A stretch of DNA of 64,000 nt from Bacteroidales bacterium (GTDB lineage: Bacteria; Bacteroidota; Bacteroidia; Bacteroidales; FEN-979), in assembly GCA_023229525.1 (NCBI GenBank), contig JALNZC010000001.1, positions 31,860-95,859 of the forward strand, written 5' to 3'. Positions within the stretch are counted from its first letter, which is position 1. Every line of letters starts with the position of its first letter. Shown here one piece after another: positions 63,297 to 64,000 of the stretch. The notes under the pieces were generated by a model. That model was not told the DNA's origin. It saw only the letters and a list, made by a program, of their open reading frames with translations, and did not search any database. A program made the position numbers and the translations under genes.

Positions 63297-63608
63297 ATGG
63301 AATTGATTGAAAAAAACAGAGAAAATATTTCAAATCTGTGTGAAAAACATAAGGTTAAAGAATTGTATCTGTTTGGTTCTATCCTATCTGACAGATTTAA
63401 TGATTCCAGTGATATAGATATGCTTATACAATTTTCGAATGTTGATTTACTCGATTATTTTGATAACTATATGGACCTTAAAGAACAGTTCGCGCAATTG
63501 TTAAAAAGGCCTGTCGATCTGGTGGAGGACCAGGCAATAAAAAATCCTATTTTCAGAAAAGTCGTTGACCGCGATAAAGTCTTGCTATATGAACGAAAAT
63601 ATACTTAA
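63297..63608 (+). CDS. mntA: MNT-type nucleotidyltransferase antitoxin
   Basis: LYLFGSILSDRFNDSSDIDMLIQF (GSx10-11DxD) motif, 103 aa; overlaps the HepT start by 20 nt. Confidence 0.85.
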   Translation: MELIEKNRENISNLCEKHKVKELYLFGSILSDRFNDSSDIDMLIQFSNVDLLDYFDNYMDLKEQFAQLLKRPVDLVEDQAIKNPIFRKVVDRDKVLLYERKYT

Positions 63609-63927
63609 ATGCTTATACGACATAAAATTTGCTCTTGACGAGATTGATTCTTACTTTGACCACGAAAATAAATCGTTTGAAAATTATCAGTCGAATATCT
63701 TATTAAAAAGAGCCATTGAAAGAGATTTAGAAATTATTGGTGAAGCAACAAATAGAATTCTGAAGGAAGATCCGGAATTTGAAATTGGAAACGCACACCG
63801 TATTATCGGTTTGAGAAACCAAATAATTCATGGATATGATACAGTTTCAGATGAAAATATCTGGGGCATTTTAATAAAACACCTTCCAAAACTAAAGGAG
63901 GAAGTCAAAAAATTAACAGGTCTTTGA
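63589..63927 (+). CDS. hepT: HepT-type (DUF86) HEPN ribonuclease toxin
   Basis: Rx4-6H motif in GLRNQIIHGYD; ATG 63589 (MNENILKCLYDIK..) preferred over the tracked 63565 start. Confidence 0.85.
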   Translation: MNENILKCLYDIKFALDEIDSYFDHENKSFENYQSNILLKRAIERDLEIIGEATNRILKEDPEFEIGNAHRIIGLRNQIIHGYDTVSDENIWGILIKHLPKLKEEVKKLTGL

Positions 63928-64000
63928 CCCACCCGGTTTGATTTCGCCTGGCCGGGAATAATCGAGTCAACCACTGAAACCTGAAACCTCACTTAATATC

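Overview
This is a Bacteroidota-type chromosome segment. The evidence is TAnnTTTG -7 promoter boxes, a T9SS C-terminal sorting domain, an atpBEFHAG operon without atpDC, and the overall gene content. I found no rRNA, tRNA or CRISPR by eye.

Layout:
- 1-4.6 kb: housekeeping genes (thioredoxin-fold protein, RRM RNA-binding protein, OYE flavin reductase).
- 4.6-22 kb: accessory, partly decayed island. It holds HicAB with a frameshifted toxin, two HhH-GPD glycosylases, a T9SS glycosidase, DUF5131, a Fic-glycosylase operon preceded by phased ATTTGAC repeats, and a serpin-lipoprotein pair. It also holds a radical-SAM-like gene and a ParB/MT-A70 fusion, both broken by in-frame stops, a frameshifted pRiA4b-ORF3-like gene, a pentapeptide-repeat protein and an IS110-family element.
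- 22-62 kb: core genes. These are two EF-G paralogues, pfkB kinase, msrBA, the F-ATPase operon, TolC/HlyD, tsaB, ispG, an LPS/O-antigen cluster, pgk, mlaEF and manC. There is also an FNR-linked NrfC/NrfD/cytochrome c module, an S9 peptidase, a histidine kinase and hemW.
- 62-64 kb: MNT/HepT toxin-antitoxin pair plus a nucleotidyltransferase remnant.

The most unusual signal is not a gene cluster. It is a family of tandem heptanucleotide arrays (CCNGYAT, CGTCCYT, TCAAAAY, ATTTACG). They fill intergenic spacers and also sit in-frame inside housekeeping genes:
- 24 copies of CATCCAG inside hemW.
- Shorter arrays inside tsaB, ispG and a GT2 gene, which give unrelated proteins the same peptides.

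Secondary leads:
- A REP-like dispersed element abutting stop codons.
- A possible -1 frameshift site (A_AAA_AAG) in hicA.
- An EF-G paralogue lacking the catalytic His.
- An NrfD protein with a large fused C-terminal domain.

All family assignments come from motif recognition by eye. No searches were run.
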